A stretch of DNA of 53,583 bases from a virus (lineage: Duplodnaviria > Caudoviricetes): positions 1-53,583 of the IMG/VR virus record IMGVR_UViG_3300011335_000440. One strand, 5' to 3'. Within the stretch, counting starts at the first letter, position 1; each line of letters starts with the position of its first letter. The position numbers and the translations under genes are program-made. Below the pieces are notes generated by a model. It did not search any database. It was not told the DNA's origin and worked only from the letters and a program-made list of their open reading frames with translations. This document shows, in pieces, positions 35,005 through 45,309 of the stretch.

Positions 35005-38000
35005 ATGGCAACTAACGAATGGGACGACGTCAATAGGCCACTACCCGGCCCACTTCCTAAGCCCACGATCGACGACATGAAGTATGAGCTCATGCGTCTG
35101 CAGCACAACTACCCAGCACCGCTATCAGCGTATGACAAAGCGGCGTCAACAGCGTTTGATGTAGCACGTACAGTAATGGGGCGCCCAGCACCTGCTGCTA
35201 CCGACGTAGCACGTACATTGCTTGGTGGCCCCGCTGCTGCAGTTGGCGGCGCATGGCAAGGGCCCCTACAGGCTCTAAGCGCAGGCCCAGGTTACCTGTA
35301 TCGCAAGTACGCTGAAGGCGACCAGCAAGGCGCTGACGCATACTGGAAGCAGAATGTTAAGCCTGCGCAAGAGAACATGTACAATCTGTACAAGAAGCTT
35401 GCAGAGCCCAGCACCAAGCAAGGCAAGCAGTTTGAGGAAGACTTTGCCGCAGCATTTGAAGCTTCCAAGCTACCGCCCATATTCCCAGGTCTGACATCAG
35501 GCATCCCAGTCCGTGGTATCACCCCCACTGATGTCCGCGTTATGGGCGCCAACGCCAAGCGCATAGGCACGCAAGTACGTGACATCCCCACCGACTTCAA
35601 GAACGCGCAATCAGGTCTTAAAAAGATTGACCCCGTTACCGGTGAGTCTACACTTGGTGCCAAGCTGCAAGGCACAGCTGAGTCTGTAGGCGACACGCTT
35701 GAGCGTCAAGCAGATGCGCGCACAGCACGCACTGACACGTCGAGTATGTCACCGCTGTCTGCGGCGGCGTCTGCACTGATGCCTGACACAAGCATGAACG
35801 TCATGCGGCCTGTAGACTCAAGAATTCTACGTGCTAAGACACCTGAAGGCGCTGCGCCTTTAGCCATTCCAGCTTCTGCAACGGGAAGTCGTGGCGACAT
35901 TAGCAGACTGGACCCGCTATCTACTGAGCTTAATAAGCACACGCTCACGTATGATGAGATGATGAAGCCGCACCCGCTGCTTAACACATACATGGCGCAG
36001 TATGCACGCGACAACAATGCAGTGCATGACGTAGGTATTGACACTGCACTTGCGCAACGTGCCCTTGAGAAATTCCCTGATGCACCTAGCCCAAGTGAAG
36101 CTGTTCTTGCATTAGAGGCATTTCATGGTGGCAGCAATTCAGAAGGTATGGCTAAAGAGCACATAGCAGCTGCTGATGCGTACGCCAAGTCGCCGCTTGC
36201 TGCGGCAGTTGCCACACAGCCAGACGTGACGCCTATCCCCACCAGTGAGGAGTTCCTTAGGCGCTATGAGGCATCTGAAAAGTGGCGCACCAACAACTTT
36301 CCCGCGTTTGTAACCAAGTATCTTGGGACCGAGACAGACCCAGCGCTTTCTTTAGCGTCACAAGGCCTTACGTTTCAAGACCCAGAGCATGTCTTATTGG
36401 CCGGTGAGAACTCAGTAAGAACGGCGGTAAAGAATCGTGTAGCAGCCGGCATGCCTGAAAAGACAGCATTGCAAACGGCGCTTGAAGCAAAAGAAAATGA
36501 GCTTGCGCAAAAAGACACACAGTGGCGTGCAATTGCAGATACACGTGAAGCACGTACTTTTAGTGACACCAACATTAAGCCATTGCAAAAGGAGATTGAG
36601 AACCTCAAGCTTGGCGCTGCGTATGAGAACATGGCCGATGCGGCTGTGATACCTACTAAAGTGCAGGATATGCTTGGCGTAATGGACTACAGCGCCACGC
36701 AGTTCTTCCCAAGTCTGACAGGTGAAAAAAATCCTGAGGCAATAGCATACAAACTTGAGAAGGCTGCCATTGCGCGGCTTGGTTTTGATGACATCGTTGA
36801 TCAGATGCACCAGGACATTCTCAATGGTAAGTACGACCCTGACAAAGTCAAGAACATCAGCGTTGACAGGTACATCAGAGAGAATGCCGAAGCACGGCAA
36901 AAAGCTGACGCCGCTGTGCAAGCTTTGCAGAAAGCGTACATTGCAAAAGTCACTACACGCTTTTCTGAAATGGTAAAAAACTTACCTGCTGACGCTCTTA
37001 AATACGAGAATGCGGTTATTCTTGAAACAACGCAAAATACGCCTCTTAACGAGGCTAAGCAGCGTGCAAGCGACGACTGCGGTGTCCTGGATAATTGCAT
37101 TGGCAAAGGCAGTGACGCGTCGCAATCGGGCAAGCAGCCAAAGCACCCATTCACTGGCTTAGCAAATACGCATTATGAGCCTGTCTTTTTGCTAGATCAG
37201 CCCGGTGTGCGCAACCCCAGAGCAGCACAAGATACGTCAACATTTATCAAACGCGTTTACTCAGGCGAGAATATACTTGGGCACGTACGTGATGAAACTA
37301 CGGGCTTCCCTGTTGCCAACATTGAGCTTAAGGTGCATAGGCGCCGCGATGGCAGCTTTCTCAAGTTTGTAGGCTATGTCTCAGGCCCTACAACTAATGA
37401 TGGCACTAATGGGCCTATTGATCAAAAGTACCACAACGCAATACGTGATTACTTGAACCGATATGCCGACAAGATTGGCTCAGTCGACAGCCCGTTGATC
37501 AACAATACTAGCGTACGCGATACGATGTCAGGGGAATACGACTCCATTGGTGTTGAGGCTGGCTATCGTGATAACCGCGACCTTCGTGCTGCCAACCCTG
37601 ACCTGCCGCGGTTCATAACTCTTGACGATGCACGCAGTATTCGCAATCAAACATACAAGATGCCTGAGCCTGCAGCTTCTGCAGTACCTGCGCCTTTAGA
37701 GATTGCGCCTTACAAGCACATTGACTTTGTAGATGACCCTGGGCTTACACCTGACGAGAATCTTACAGCGCGTCGTATTATTGACGCCATTCACACACAA
37801 GCTGACGCTGATGCCAACTCATATAATGTTTTGCATGAGCTTGACAATGCTGCAAGTCACATCCGTGACACCCCGCAGCTTCGTGCATTGGTGGATAGTA
37901 GCCCTCCAGCGGTGCAACAGGCTGTGGCAGTGCACTTTGCAAATCTGCCTGAGAGTCAAGATGCGCCTATGCCGCGCAAAATTGTCAATGCTTCTACTGA

Positions 38001-39726
38001 AGACTTACGCTCGCAAATAACACCCGCGGATGAGGCAACACTTACAGGAGTAGAAGCACATATACGCGGTGAGCTTGTTAACAACAATGTTGTAGACCCT
38101 AATGAGTACTTCACGCTATTGCGTGACGCGCCGTTTGCGTATTTTGGCACTGACGTTGACCCAGCTGCTGTTGAGCTCGCCATTAGGAATGTAGCAGACG
38201 AGCTGCAAGTAATACGCCAACGAGAGATTGCGCAAGCCCAGACGCCTACTGCTAGGCAAGCTGCTGCGCCTGCCCCTGTACCGCCTGGTGTGCTTAGAGA
38301 ACAGGTTACCACTTTTGCTACTAATGTGCTTGATGAGTTGCATCGCACAAGCGTAAACCCAGGCTACGCAGATGATGTCGCATTGGTTCTAGCGCCACTT
38401 GTCGACAGGCATGACTACTCATTAGGCCTAGGCCCGCTGATTGACCAAATTGAGAGGGTTGGAAATACGCAGTCAGACGAGATTGCTGCTGAGTTATTTG
38501 ACTTTGCACAGTACTTGCGTGAAGAGCAGCACATACCGCCGGGTCCTGCTGTAGCACCAGTGCCAGCTCCTACGCAAAACGCTGGGGGCCAACTAGCTAC
38601 ATTTCTTGACTACACGCGTACAAACATGGCTCAAGCCTTTGGGCAAGCTGCTGCTGATCGTGCAACTGAGATCGCGCATCGCTCTCTCATTGACCAGTTG
38701 CCAAATGGCATTCCGGCGCTTGTTGCTGATTTGCGAGATCGTGCCAGTGTATACGCCAATGACGACGTTGCTGGTGCGCTAGACGTTATTGCGTTTCGCA
38801 TAGAGCGGGGCGACCACCAAGGCTTTGTTGGACTTGGCGCCTTTGAGCCTGAAGCTCCGCACCCCGCAGGCCCCGGTGGCGTACAAGACGTTGCGCATCA
38901 CCTGCTTGAGATTGAGCGCCGGCCTGATGGCACACTAAGCACTGAAGGCATCGCGTCCACTGCATATGCACTTTTGCATGGGCAACTGGATTACCCAGGA
39001 TTTACGCATATCCCTGCGGGCCCAGAGCGTGCGCAAGCAATGCGACCTATCCTTGAAGCGTTTAATACTGCTGCGGATAATGAGCTTGCCATCCAAAGGA
39101 TGCGTGCTGCAACACATGCACCGCCAGCACTACCAGCCCCAGAGCCTGCACCCGCACCAGTTGTAAACTTCAGCCCCGTTAATGCGTCAGTGCAAATGAC
39201 TGACACCGGCACGCTGTCGGCAATGCTTCGCCAACAAACTGATGACAATGCTGAGGCAGAAGTTGCCGATGTCGCACGGCGCTACATTCAAGGCAATGCG
39301 CCTGAAGATCTTGCTGTGCTGCCGCATCTTATACGCACAACTGCAACCGGGTTACACGCAGACTTTGGGTACATTTCACGTGAGCTTTTGGCTCGACAGA
39401 TTGAAGAGCACCTTGCGCAACAAGCGCCACCACCTATAGGGCAAATCTTGCTGCGTACGCCCTACAACGAGTTACAGCAAGCAATGACACCTCTTGAGCG
39501 CTCACTTGCTATGAATATACAAGCACGCATTGCACGACAAGCAGCCGACTTTGGCATTGACGGCGCTGAAGTTGCTGACATGATACGCAATCGTTCGCAG
39601 ACATACGGTGGGCTTACTGTGAACTTAGATCACTTTAGCCCTCAAGCACTTGAAGTTCTGGCTCGTGATACTTCAGACTCAATTGAGGCGCAAAATCGTG
39701 CACGTGATCGCCGGCCTCGGCAATAG
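35005..39726 (+). CDS. 1573-aa multidomain protein with possible PcfJ-like domain
   Basis: Long uninterrupted ORF; DCGVLDNCIG...VRDETTGFPVANIE motif. Confidence 0.6.
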   Translation: MATNEWDDVNRPLPGPLPKPTIDDMKYELMRLQHNYPAPLSAYDKAASTAFDVARTVMGRPAPAATDVARTLLGGPAAAVGGAWQGPLQALSAGPGYLYRKYAEGDQQGADAYWKQNVKPAQENMYNLYKKLAEPSTKQGKQFEEDFAAAFEASKLPPIFPGLTSGIPVRGITPTDVRVMGANAKRIGTQVRDIPTDFKNAQSGLKKIDPVTGESTLGAKLQGTAESVGDTLERQADARTARTDTSSMSPLSAAASALMPDTSMNVMRPVDSRILRAKTPEGAAPLAIPASATGSRGDISRLDPLSTELNKHTLTYDEMMKPHPLLNTYMAQYARDNNAVHDVGIDTALAQRALEKFPDAPSPSEAVLALEAFHGGSNSEGMAKEHIAAADAYAKSPLAAAVATQPDVTPIPTSEEFLRRYEASEKWRTNNFPAFVTKYLGTETDPALSLASQGLTFQDPEHVLLAGENSVRTAVKNRVAAGMPEKTALQTALEAKENELAQKDTQWRAIADTREARTFSDTNIKPLQKEIENLKLGAAYENMADAAVIPTKVQDMLGVMDYSATQFFPSLTGEKNPEAIAYKLEKAAIARLGFDDIVDQMHQDILNGKYDPDKVKNISVDRYIRENAEARQKADAAVQALQKAYIAKVTTRFSEMVKNLPADALKYENAVILETTQNTPLNEAKQRASDDCGVLDNCIGKGSDASQSGKQPKHPFTGLANTHYEPVFLLDQPGVRNPRAAQDTSTFIKRVYSGENILGHVRDETTGFPVANIELKVHRRRDGSFLKFVGYVSGPTTNDGTNGPIDQKYHNAIRDYLNRYADKIGSVDSPLINNTSVRDTMSGEYDSIGVEAGYRDNRDLRAANPDLPRFITLDDARSIRNQTYKMPEPAASAVPAPLEIAPYKHIDFVDDPGLTPDENLTARRIIDAIHTQADADANSYNVLHELDNAASHIRDTPQLRALVDSSPPAVQQAVAVHFANLPESQDAPMPRKIVNASTEDLRSQITPADEATLTGVEAHIRGELVNNNVVDPNEYFTLLRDAPFAYFGTDVDPAAVELAIRNVADELQVIRQREIAQAQTPTARQAAAPAPVPPGVLREQVTTFATNVLDELHRTSVNPGYADDVALVLAPLVDRHDYSLGLGPLIDQIERVGNTQSDEIAAELFDFAQYLREEQHIPPGPAVAPVPAPTQNAGGQLATFLDYTRTNMAQAFGQAAADRATEIAHRSLIDQLPNGIPALVADLRDRASVYANDDVAGALDVIAFRIERGDHQGFVGLGAFEPEAPHPAGPGGVQDVAHHLLEIERRPDGTLSTEGIASTAYALLHGQLDYPGFTHIPAGPERAQAMRPILEAFNTAADNELAIQRMRAATHAPPALPAPEPAPAPVVNFSPVNASVQMTDTGTLSAMLRQQTDDNAEAEVADVARRYIQGNAPEDLAVLPHLIRTTATGLHADFGYISRELLARQIEEHLAQQAPPPIGQILLRTPYNELQQAMTPLERSLAMNIQARIARQAADFGIDGAEVADMIRNRSQTYGGLTVNLDHFSPQALEVLARDTSDSIEAQNRARDRRPRQ

Positions 39727-39788
39727 TGATATAGTCCACTGACTCCAACACTCGATGACAAGCAATATGAACCTATGTGGAGACACTA

Positions 39789-42287
39789 ATGGCTACTGAA
39801 ATGCCGATCCCTCAAGACTATGGTCGCTACGTTGATCCACTTGAGGACGACATGCCTGAGGCTGAAGAAGCTGCCATTGATTTGTTTGATGATGATGTTG
39901 AAGAGCTTGAAGACGGGTCTGCCATTGTAAGACTCGAAGACCTTAAAGGGCCTGAAGAAGACCCTGACTTCTACGCCAATCTGGCCGACTCGATTGACAG
40001 CATTAAGCTCGACGGCCTTGCGCTTAAGTACCTAGATCTGATTGAGAAAGACAAGCAAGCACGAGAAGATCGCGACAAGCAATATGAAGATGGTTTGCGG
40101 CGTACAGGCCTAGGCCACGATGCACCAGGTGGTGCTCAGTTCATGGGCGCAAGCAAGGTTGTCCATCCCATCATGGCTGAGGCTTGTGTTGACTTTGCAG
40201 CTCGAGCGATTAAAGAGCTGTTCCCGCCTGATGGGCCCGTGAAGACCAAGATCATCGGTGAGACTTCTGAGGAGAAAGTTGAGAAAGCCGAGCGCAAGCG
40301 CGATTACATGAATTGGCAGCTCACTGAGCAGATTGAAGAATACCGCGATGAGCAGGAGCAGATGCTCACGCAGCTACCACTTGGTGGCAGCCAGTACATG
40401 AAGCTCTGGTACGATGAGACCAAGAAGCGACCTTGCGCTGAGTTCGTGCCTATTGACAACGTGTACTTGCCCTTTGCTGCAGGTAGCTTTTACACTGCCA
40501 GTCGCGTGACTGAGGTGCAGGACATTACGCAAGAAGAGTTTGATTTGCGCGTAGACTCAGGCTTGTACGCAGACATCGATATCTTCAAGACTTCCATGTC
40601 GCCTGAAGAGACTAAGTCTGAAAAGGCCAATGACAAGATCGAAGGCCGCAATCAGAAGTCTGACAACATAGACGGCATACGTCGCGTATTCCACATCCAC
40701 ACTTTCCTCGAAGAAGAAGAAGACTCGTTCTCAAAAGAAGCACGTGCCCCGTATATTCTCATGATTGATGAGACCTCACGCTCCGTCGTAGGTCTGTATC
40801 GCAACTGGGAGAAGGGTGATGAGACTTTTACAAAGCTTGACTGGATTATCGAGTTTAAGTTTATCCCGTGGCGAGGCGCTTACGCTATTGGCCTACCTCA
40901 TCTTATTGGCGGTCTATCTGCCGCTCTCACTGGCGCTTTGCGTGCTCTGCTGGATTCTGCTCACATAAACAATGCGCCGACAATGCTCAAGATCAAGGGC
41001 GCTAAGATCAGCGGCCAGAGCACTGTCATTGAGCCTACACAAGTTGCTGAGATTGAAGGCGCTCCGGGCGTGGATGACATTCGCAAGATCGCCATGCCTG
41101 TGCCATTCAATCCACCTAGCCCCATTCTGTTCCAGCTGCTGGGCTGGTTGACTGACGCCGCTAAGGGCGTGGTCACTACCAGCGAAGAGAAGATTGCTGA
41201 TGTCACCAGCAACGCGCCGGTTGGCACCACACAAGCGCTGATTGAGCAAGGCGCCGCTGTTTTCAGCTCCATCCACTCTCGGCTGCATGACTCACAGCGT
41301 CGCGTCTTCAAGGTACTGGCTCGTATCAACCGGTGGTACCTGGATGAGCAGCGCAAGAGCGAGATCGTATCTGATCTGAAAGTCACGCAGGATGACTTCA
41401 TCTCCAACCCTGATGTCATCCCAGTCAGTGACCCGCACATTTTTGCTGAGAGCCAGCGCTATGCGCAAATCCAAACGCTTGCAGCACGTGCGGCAGCTAA
41501 CCCTGACCTGTACAACCGCCTTGCTGTTGAGAAGCGAATCCTCAAGCAAATCAAACTTCCTGAGATCAATGAGGTGCTACCTGATCCGCAGGATGTGAAG
41601 GACATGAATCCGGCGCTGGAGAATGTCGCCATGACCCTTGGAAAGCCCGTGGGTGCATTCCCGATGCAAGACCATATGGCTCACTTCATGGTGCATTTGC
41701 AATACGCCATGGACCCGATCTTTGGCTCCAACCCCATCGTAGCACCGGTCTTCACGCCTGCGTGCTTGGAGCATTTGAAGCAGCACTTGACATTGTGGTA
41801 CTTGAGCATGGCAGATGGCTACACCACACTGGCACTTGGCAAGCCGTATAACATCTTAAAGGTAGGCCCCACTATTCGTGAAGCTCAGCAATTACTGGCT
41901 GCTGCAGTGCAGCATGTCCACCAGGATAGCAAAGAGCAACTTGGCGCTGTTGGACAGACCATGGCGCAGATGCTGCAGATGCTGCAACAGATGCAAACAC
42001 AAAATCAGCCGCCTGTTGACCCCAATATCATGGCACAAGTCAAGTCGTTGACGGATACGGCGCTTGCAGAGACGCAGCGCAAAGCCAACAAGGACGCGCA
42101 AGATCTAACGTTGAAAGCACAAGAAATCAACAACGACATGATCAAGAACACTGAGAACAATCTCACTGAAGAGAGAATGAAAGCGGCAGAACTTTCTAGG
42201 GATGCCGTTACGTTGCAGCATGAGCAACTGACAACCGTGATGGACGCTCAAAACAAACTTCAAGCTAACTTAGGAGTGCAGCAATGA
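39789..42287 (+). CDS. portal protein
   Basis: GGAG RBS; GAS.VVHP..AEA.V.F.A.A.KEL.P..GPVKT, LPLGGS..K, APVGTT.AL.E.G motifs. Confidence 0.85.
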   Translation: MATEMPIPQDYGRYVDPLEDDMPEAEEAAIDLFDDDVEELEDGSAIVRLEDLKGPEEDPDFYANLADSIDSIKLDGLALKYLDLIEKDKQAREDRDKQYEDGLRRTGLGHDAPGGAQFMGASKVVHPIMAEACVDFAARAIKELFPPDGPVKTKIIGETSEEKVEKAERKRDYMNWQLTEQIEEYRDEQEQMLTQLPLGGSQYMKLWYDETKKRPCAEFVPIDNVYLPFAAGSFYTASRVTEVQDITQEEFDLRVDSGLYADIDIFKTSMSPEETKSEKANDKIEGRNQKSDNIDGIRRVFHIHTFLEEEEDSFSKEARAPYILMIDETSRSVVGLYRNWEKGDETFTKLDWIIEFKFIPWRGAYAIGLPHLIGGLSAALTGALRALLDSAHINNAPTMLKIKGAKISGQSTVIEPTQVAEIEGAPGVDDIRKIAMPVPFNPPSPILFQLLGWLTDAAKGVVTTSEEKIADVTSNAPVGTTQALIEQGAAVFSSIHSRLHDSQRRVFKVLARINRWYLDEQRKSEIVSDLKVTQDDFISNPDVIPVSDPHIFAESQRYAQIQTLAARAAANPDLYNRLAVEKRILKQIKLPEINEVLPDPQDVKDMNPALENVAMTLGKPVGAFPMQDHMAHFMVHLQYAMDPIFGSNPIVAPVFTPACLEHLKQHLTLWYLSMADGYTTLALGKPYNILKVGPTIREAQQLLAAAVQHVHQDSKEQLGAVGQTMAQMLQMLQQMQTQNQPPVDPNIMAQVKSLTDTALAETQRKANKDAQDLTLKAQEINNDMIKNTENNLTEERMKAAELSRDAVTLQHEQLTTVMDAQNKLQANLGVQQ

Positions 42288-42538
42288 CTGAAGCAATTAA
42301 CGCCCACAAAAAAATGGCCATGGGCATGACAGAAGGCAACGTAATGAAGAAGGGCGGCGCAGTCTCGAAGTATGCGTCAGGCGGCATCGTGAATAACATC
42401 AACGATAGCTCGCAAAAACAGCCTTTCCCCAAGCCTACCGGCAAGATCGCGACCATGAAAAAAGGCGGTCATGCTAAAAGCGGGCTCACAATCGCAATTG
42501 TGATGCCTATGAAGAAGAGCGTAGGTCGCGGTCGCTAA
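42284..42538 (+). CDS. small basic protein with KKGG motifs
   Basis: AGGAG RBS; MKKGG, YASGG, MKKGG. Confidence 0.6.
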   Translation: MTEAINAHKKMAMGMTEGNVMKKGGAVSKYASGGIVNNINDSSQKQPFPKPTGKIATMKKGGHAKSGLTIAIVMPMKKSVGRGR

Positions 42539-42723
42539 TGCAAATTAGCGCCTTGATAACTCTGATCAAGCAGAGGCAGCGAGAGATCGCTGATTCCATG
42601 GCTAATGGACATTGCGCAAGCTTTGAAACTTACCAGCGCTTGACAGGGACACACGCAGGTTTGCAAGAAACCTTGAACATTATCAACAACTTTTTAGAAG
42701 AGGAAAGAAGAGATGACTCGTGA
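42538..42723 (+). CDS. conserved hypothetical head-module protein
   Basis: TAATG overlap; G....F..Y....G...GL motif. Confidence 0.6.
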   Translation: MQISALITLIKQRQREIADSMANGHCASFETYQRLTGTHAGLQETLNIINNFLEEERRDDS

Positions 42724-43132
42724 CATCGAACAGACGCTTGAACAAGCGTTTCCCGAGATTGACCCGCTTATGGCGCCGTATGGTGCTCGTGTTCTCGTAC
42801 AATTGAGAGCAGTGAAAGACAAGGTCACAAGCAGTGGGATCTACATCCCTGAAGAAACCAAGGAAACCGAGAAGTGGAACACCATGATCGGCAAAGTTCT
42901 TGCAGTAGGTCCTATTGCGTTCAAAAAGCGCGACACCATGGAGCCTTGGCCTGAAGGCGTATGGTGCAAAGTTGGTGACTACGTTCGCATCCCTAAATGG
43001 GGCGGCGATCGTTGGGAAGTTGACTTTGAAGAAGGCGGCGCAAAAGGCAAAGCATTGTTCACTTTTTTCAATGACCATGAAATCATTGGCAAAGTGACAG
43101 GCGACCCACGCGACATTAAAGCGTTTCTATAA
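42713..43132 (+). CDS. groES: GroES-like co-chaperonin
   Basis: P.GARVLV..TSSGIYIP..GKVLAVGP..KVGDYV..ND.EIIG.V. Confidence 0.8.
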   Translation: MTRDIEQTLEQAFPEIDPLMAPYGARVLVQLRAVKDKVTSSGIYIPEETKETEKWNTMIGKVLAVGPIAFKKRDTMEPWPEGVWCKVGDYVRIPKWGGDRWEVDFEEGGAKGKALFTFFNDHEIIGKVTGDPRDIKAFL

Positions 43133-43151
43133 GTTTTGAAAGGAAAACTTG

Positions 43152-44144
43152 ATGAGCCCTACCGATAAATTAGAAATGCAGGTGGCAGAAGACACTGATG
43201 GCAGTGCGACAGTCATTTTGCCGCAGGAAATTGAAGCCCCTGATGCAACTACTGCACCAGCGATGCACTCAGAGTCACAGAATGGTGACGATGAGGGTAG
43301 CCCACCACAACAAAATGACGGATTGGACAACGATCCGGACCGAGAGGCCATTCGAGCAGCTCGCCGCGAGGAAAGACGCCTCAAAAAGCAGATTCACCGT
43401 GAAAAAGCACGCGAATCGAGCCATCTGGTCAGCGCATTGAAGCAACAAAACAGCGCATTGGCTGAACGCCTTGCGGTTTTGGAGCAAAAGACGTCTGGCG
43501 CCGAGCTTGCACGCATTGACAAGGCCATCGAAGACTCAGGAGTTGAGGTCGAATACGCCAAGATGAAGATGCAGAACGCTGTGCGTGATCGCGATGGCGA
43601 AGGCGTTACCAAAGCGCAAGAACGCTGGTTTGACGCACAGCGCAAGATGGAATCGCTGCAGAATATTAAGCAGCGTGCCACACAAGTGATGTCGCAGCCT
43701 CGTCAAAACGCAAGTATCCCCGACCCAATGGTGCAAAGGATGGCCTCTGAGTGGATGGAAGAGAATGCATGGTATGACCCGCAAGGTCAGAATGAAGAGT
43801 CTCAGATTGCACAAGTGATTGACAAGCGCCTTACCAATGAAGGCTACGACCCATCATCGCAAGACTATTGGGACGAACTTACCGACAGAATGAAAAAATA
43901 TATCCCTGCCACCAAAAACAGTGGATATAATGACCCACATATCAGAAATCAAAGGCCCAAATCTGTTATGACAAGTTCTGGTCGCGAGACAACAGCAACG
44001 ACTAAGTCTAATGAATTTAGACTTAGCCCGGAGCGTGTTAACGCCATGAAAGAAGCTGGATTGTGGAACAATCCAACAGCTCGTCAAAATGCCATTCGCA
44101 AATACGCCGAATGGGACCGCACTAACAAACAACAGAGGGCTTAA
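43152..44144 (+). CDS. putative capsid scaffolding protein
   Basis: Acidic N-terminus, long coiled coil, W...N.WY and LSPE motifs; between portal and capsid. Confidence 0.65.
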   Translation: MSPTDKLEMQVAEDTDGSATVILPQEIEAPDATTAPAMHSESQNGDDEGSPPQQNDGLDNDPDREAIRAARREERRLKKQIHREKARESSHLVSALKQQNSALAERLAVLEQKTSGAELARIDKAIEDSGVEVEYAKMKMQNAVRDRDGEGVTKAQERWFDAQRKMESLQNIKQRATQVMSQPRQNASIPDPMVQRMASEWMEENAWYDPQGQNEESQIAQVIDKRLTNEGYDPSSQDYWDELTDRMKKYIPATKNSGYNDPHIRNQRPKSVMTSSGRETTATTKSNEFRLSPERVNAMKEAGLWNNPTARQNAIRKYAEWDRTNKQQRA

Positions 44145-44146
44145 CA

Positions 44147-44680
44147 ATGGACGATCGACTCAAACGCAATAACCGTACAGGCCGTGAATCACGTGCGCAA
44201 GATGACTTGCAACGTCGTGGGCCTGAGGAACAATTCGTATCTTCTGAGGAACGCCGTAGGGCGTTCCGTTCGGAATGGCTTCAAGAGGCTCTTCCGACCC
44301 CGCCTGAGATTCCGGGCTTTCATTTGTGCTGGCTCTCCTCTAATAATCAGTACGATCCTATTCACAAACGCACTCGCTTGGGCTACACCCCTGTGAAAGC
44401 CGATGAACTACCCGGCTTTGATACATATAGGGTAAAGTCAGGCGAGCAAGAAGGTTTTGTTGCTTGCAACGAAATGTTGCTTTTCAAACTTCCGATGGAT
44501 GTCTATCAGGACCTAATGGCAGAAATGCATCATTATGCCCCAATGGACGAGCAAGAGAAGATTGCGATTCAGCAAGACCAATTGCTAGGTGCTAAAGATA
44601 GCAACGGTAAACCGTTGGTGATGATTGAGGGTGATGGCATGAAGTTTGACCAAACCGCAAGAGTACCCGTTTTTGGGTAA
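44147..44680 (+). CDS. conserved head-module hypothetical protein
   Basis: LP.PP..PGF..W, GY.PVKA.E motifs. Confidence 0.6.
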   Translation: MDDRLKRNNRTGRESRAQDDLQRRGPEEQFVSSEERRRAFRSEWLQEALPTPPEIPGFHLCWLSSNNQYDPIHKRTRLGYTPVKADELPGFDTYRVKSGEQEGFVACNEMLLFKLPMDVYQDLMAEMHHYAPMDEQEKIAIQQDQLLGAKDSNGKPLVMIEGDGMKFDQTARVPVFG

Positions 44681-44702
44681 TTTCAACTAAAGGAGTAAGA
44701 CT

Positions 44703-45293
44703 ATGTCTGCTACGTCAGCTCCATTCGGTTTGCGCCCTGCTTTCTTTCCAACTGGTTTGGAACGTGCTCAGGCGCTCGCGAATGGTATCACTTCGGGCTA
44801 CGCCTCGAATATTCTCAAAGGACAACCTGTTGTCTACGGCACTACCGCAAATAGTGGTACGCTAGGGACAATCATTCCTGCAACTACTTCTGGTACGGTT
44901 ACCGGCGCCTTTGCAGGCGTTGAGTGGACTGACACCACGGGTCGTCGCCGGGTGTCCAACTACTGGCCTGCAAGTACCACGGGTACCGCTGTTGTTGCGT
45001 ATTTCTACAATGATCAACAGATCATCTATGAAATCCAAGCCGATGGTTCCATGGCGCAAACTACGCTGGGCAATGAGTACAACATGAACAACGTCACTGC
45101 TGGTTCTACCACCACTGGCTTGTCGCAATGTACTCTGAACTCTTCGAGTGCAGCAGGTAACGGCGGTCAAGCGCAACTTCGTGTTGTTGACTTGGCCCCG
45201 TATCCGGATAATGCATGGGGTGATGCATACACCATTGTGCGCGTCCAGATTGTTCAAACCCAGTGGTTCGGTGTCTTCACCGCTACCGCATAA
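44703..45293 (+). CDS. capsid decoration/cement protein
   Basis: APFGLRP..G.F.GVE.TD..YEIQADG..TGLS; directly upstream of the capsid gene; AAGGAG RBS. Confidence 0.65.
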   Translation: MSATSAPFGLRPAFFPTGLERAQALANGITSGYASNILKGQPVVYGTTANSGTLGTIIPATTSGTVTGAFAGVEWTDTTGRRRVSNYWPASTTGTAVVAYFYNDQQIIYEIQADGSMAQTTLGNEYNMNNVTAGSTTTGLSQCTLNSSSAAGNGGQAQLRVVDLAPYPDNAWGDAYTIVRVQIVQTQWFGVFTATA

Positions 45294-45309
45294 TAAGGAG
45301 GTACAATAA

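Noticed and set aside
35005-36600. Apparent scarcity of TCC/GGA trinucleotides
   Set aside because: Only a modest deficit in small hand-counted samples; could reflect codon and amino-acid usage and needs computation
43926-43931. Internal TATAAT in the scaffold gene as a capsid promoter
   Set aside because: No matching -35 or extended -10 element
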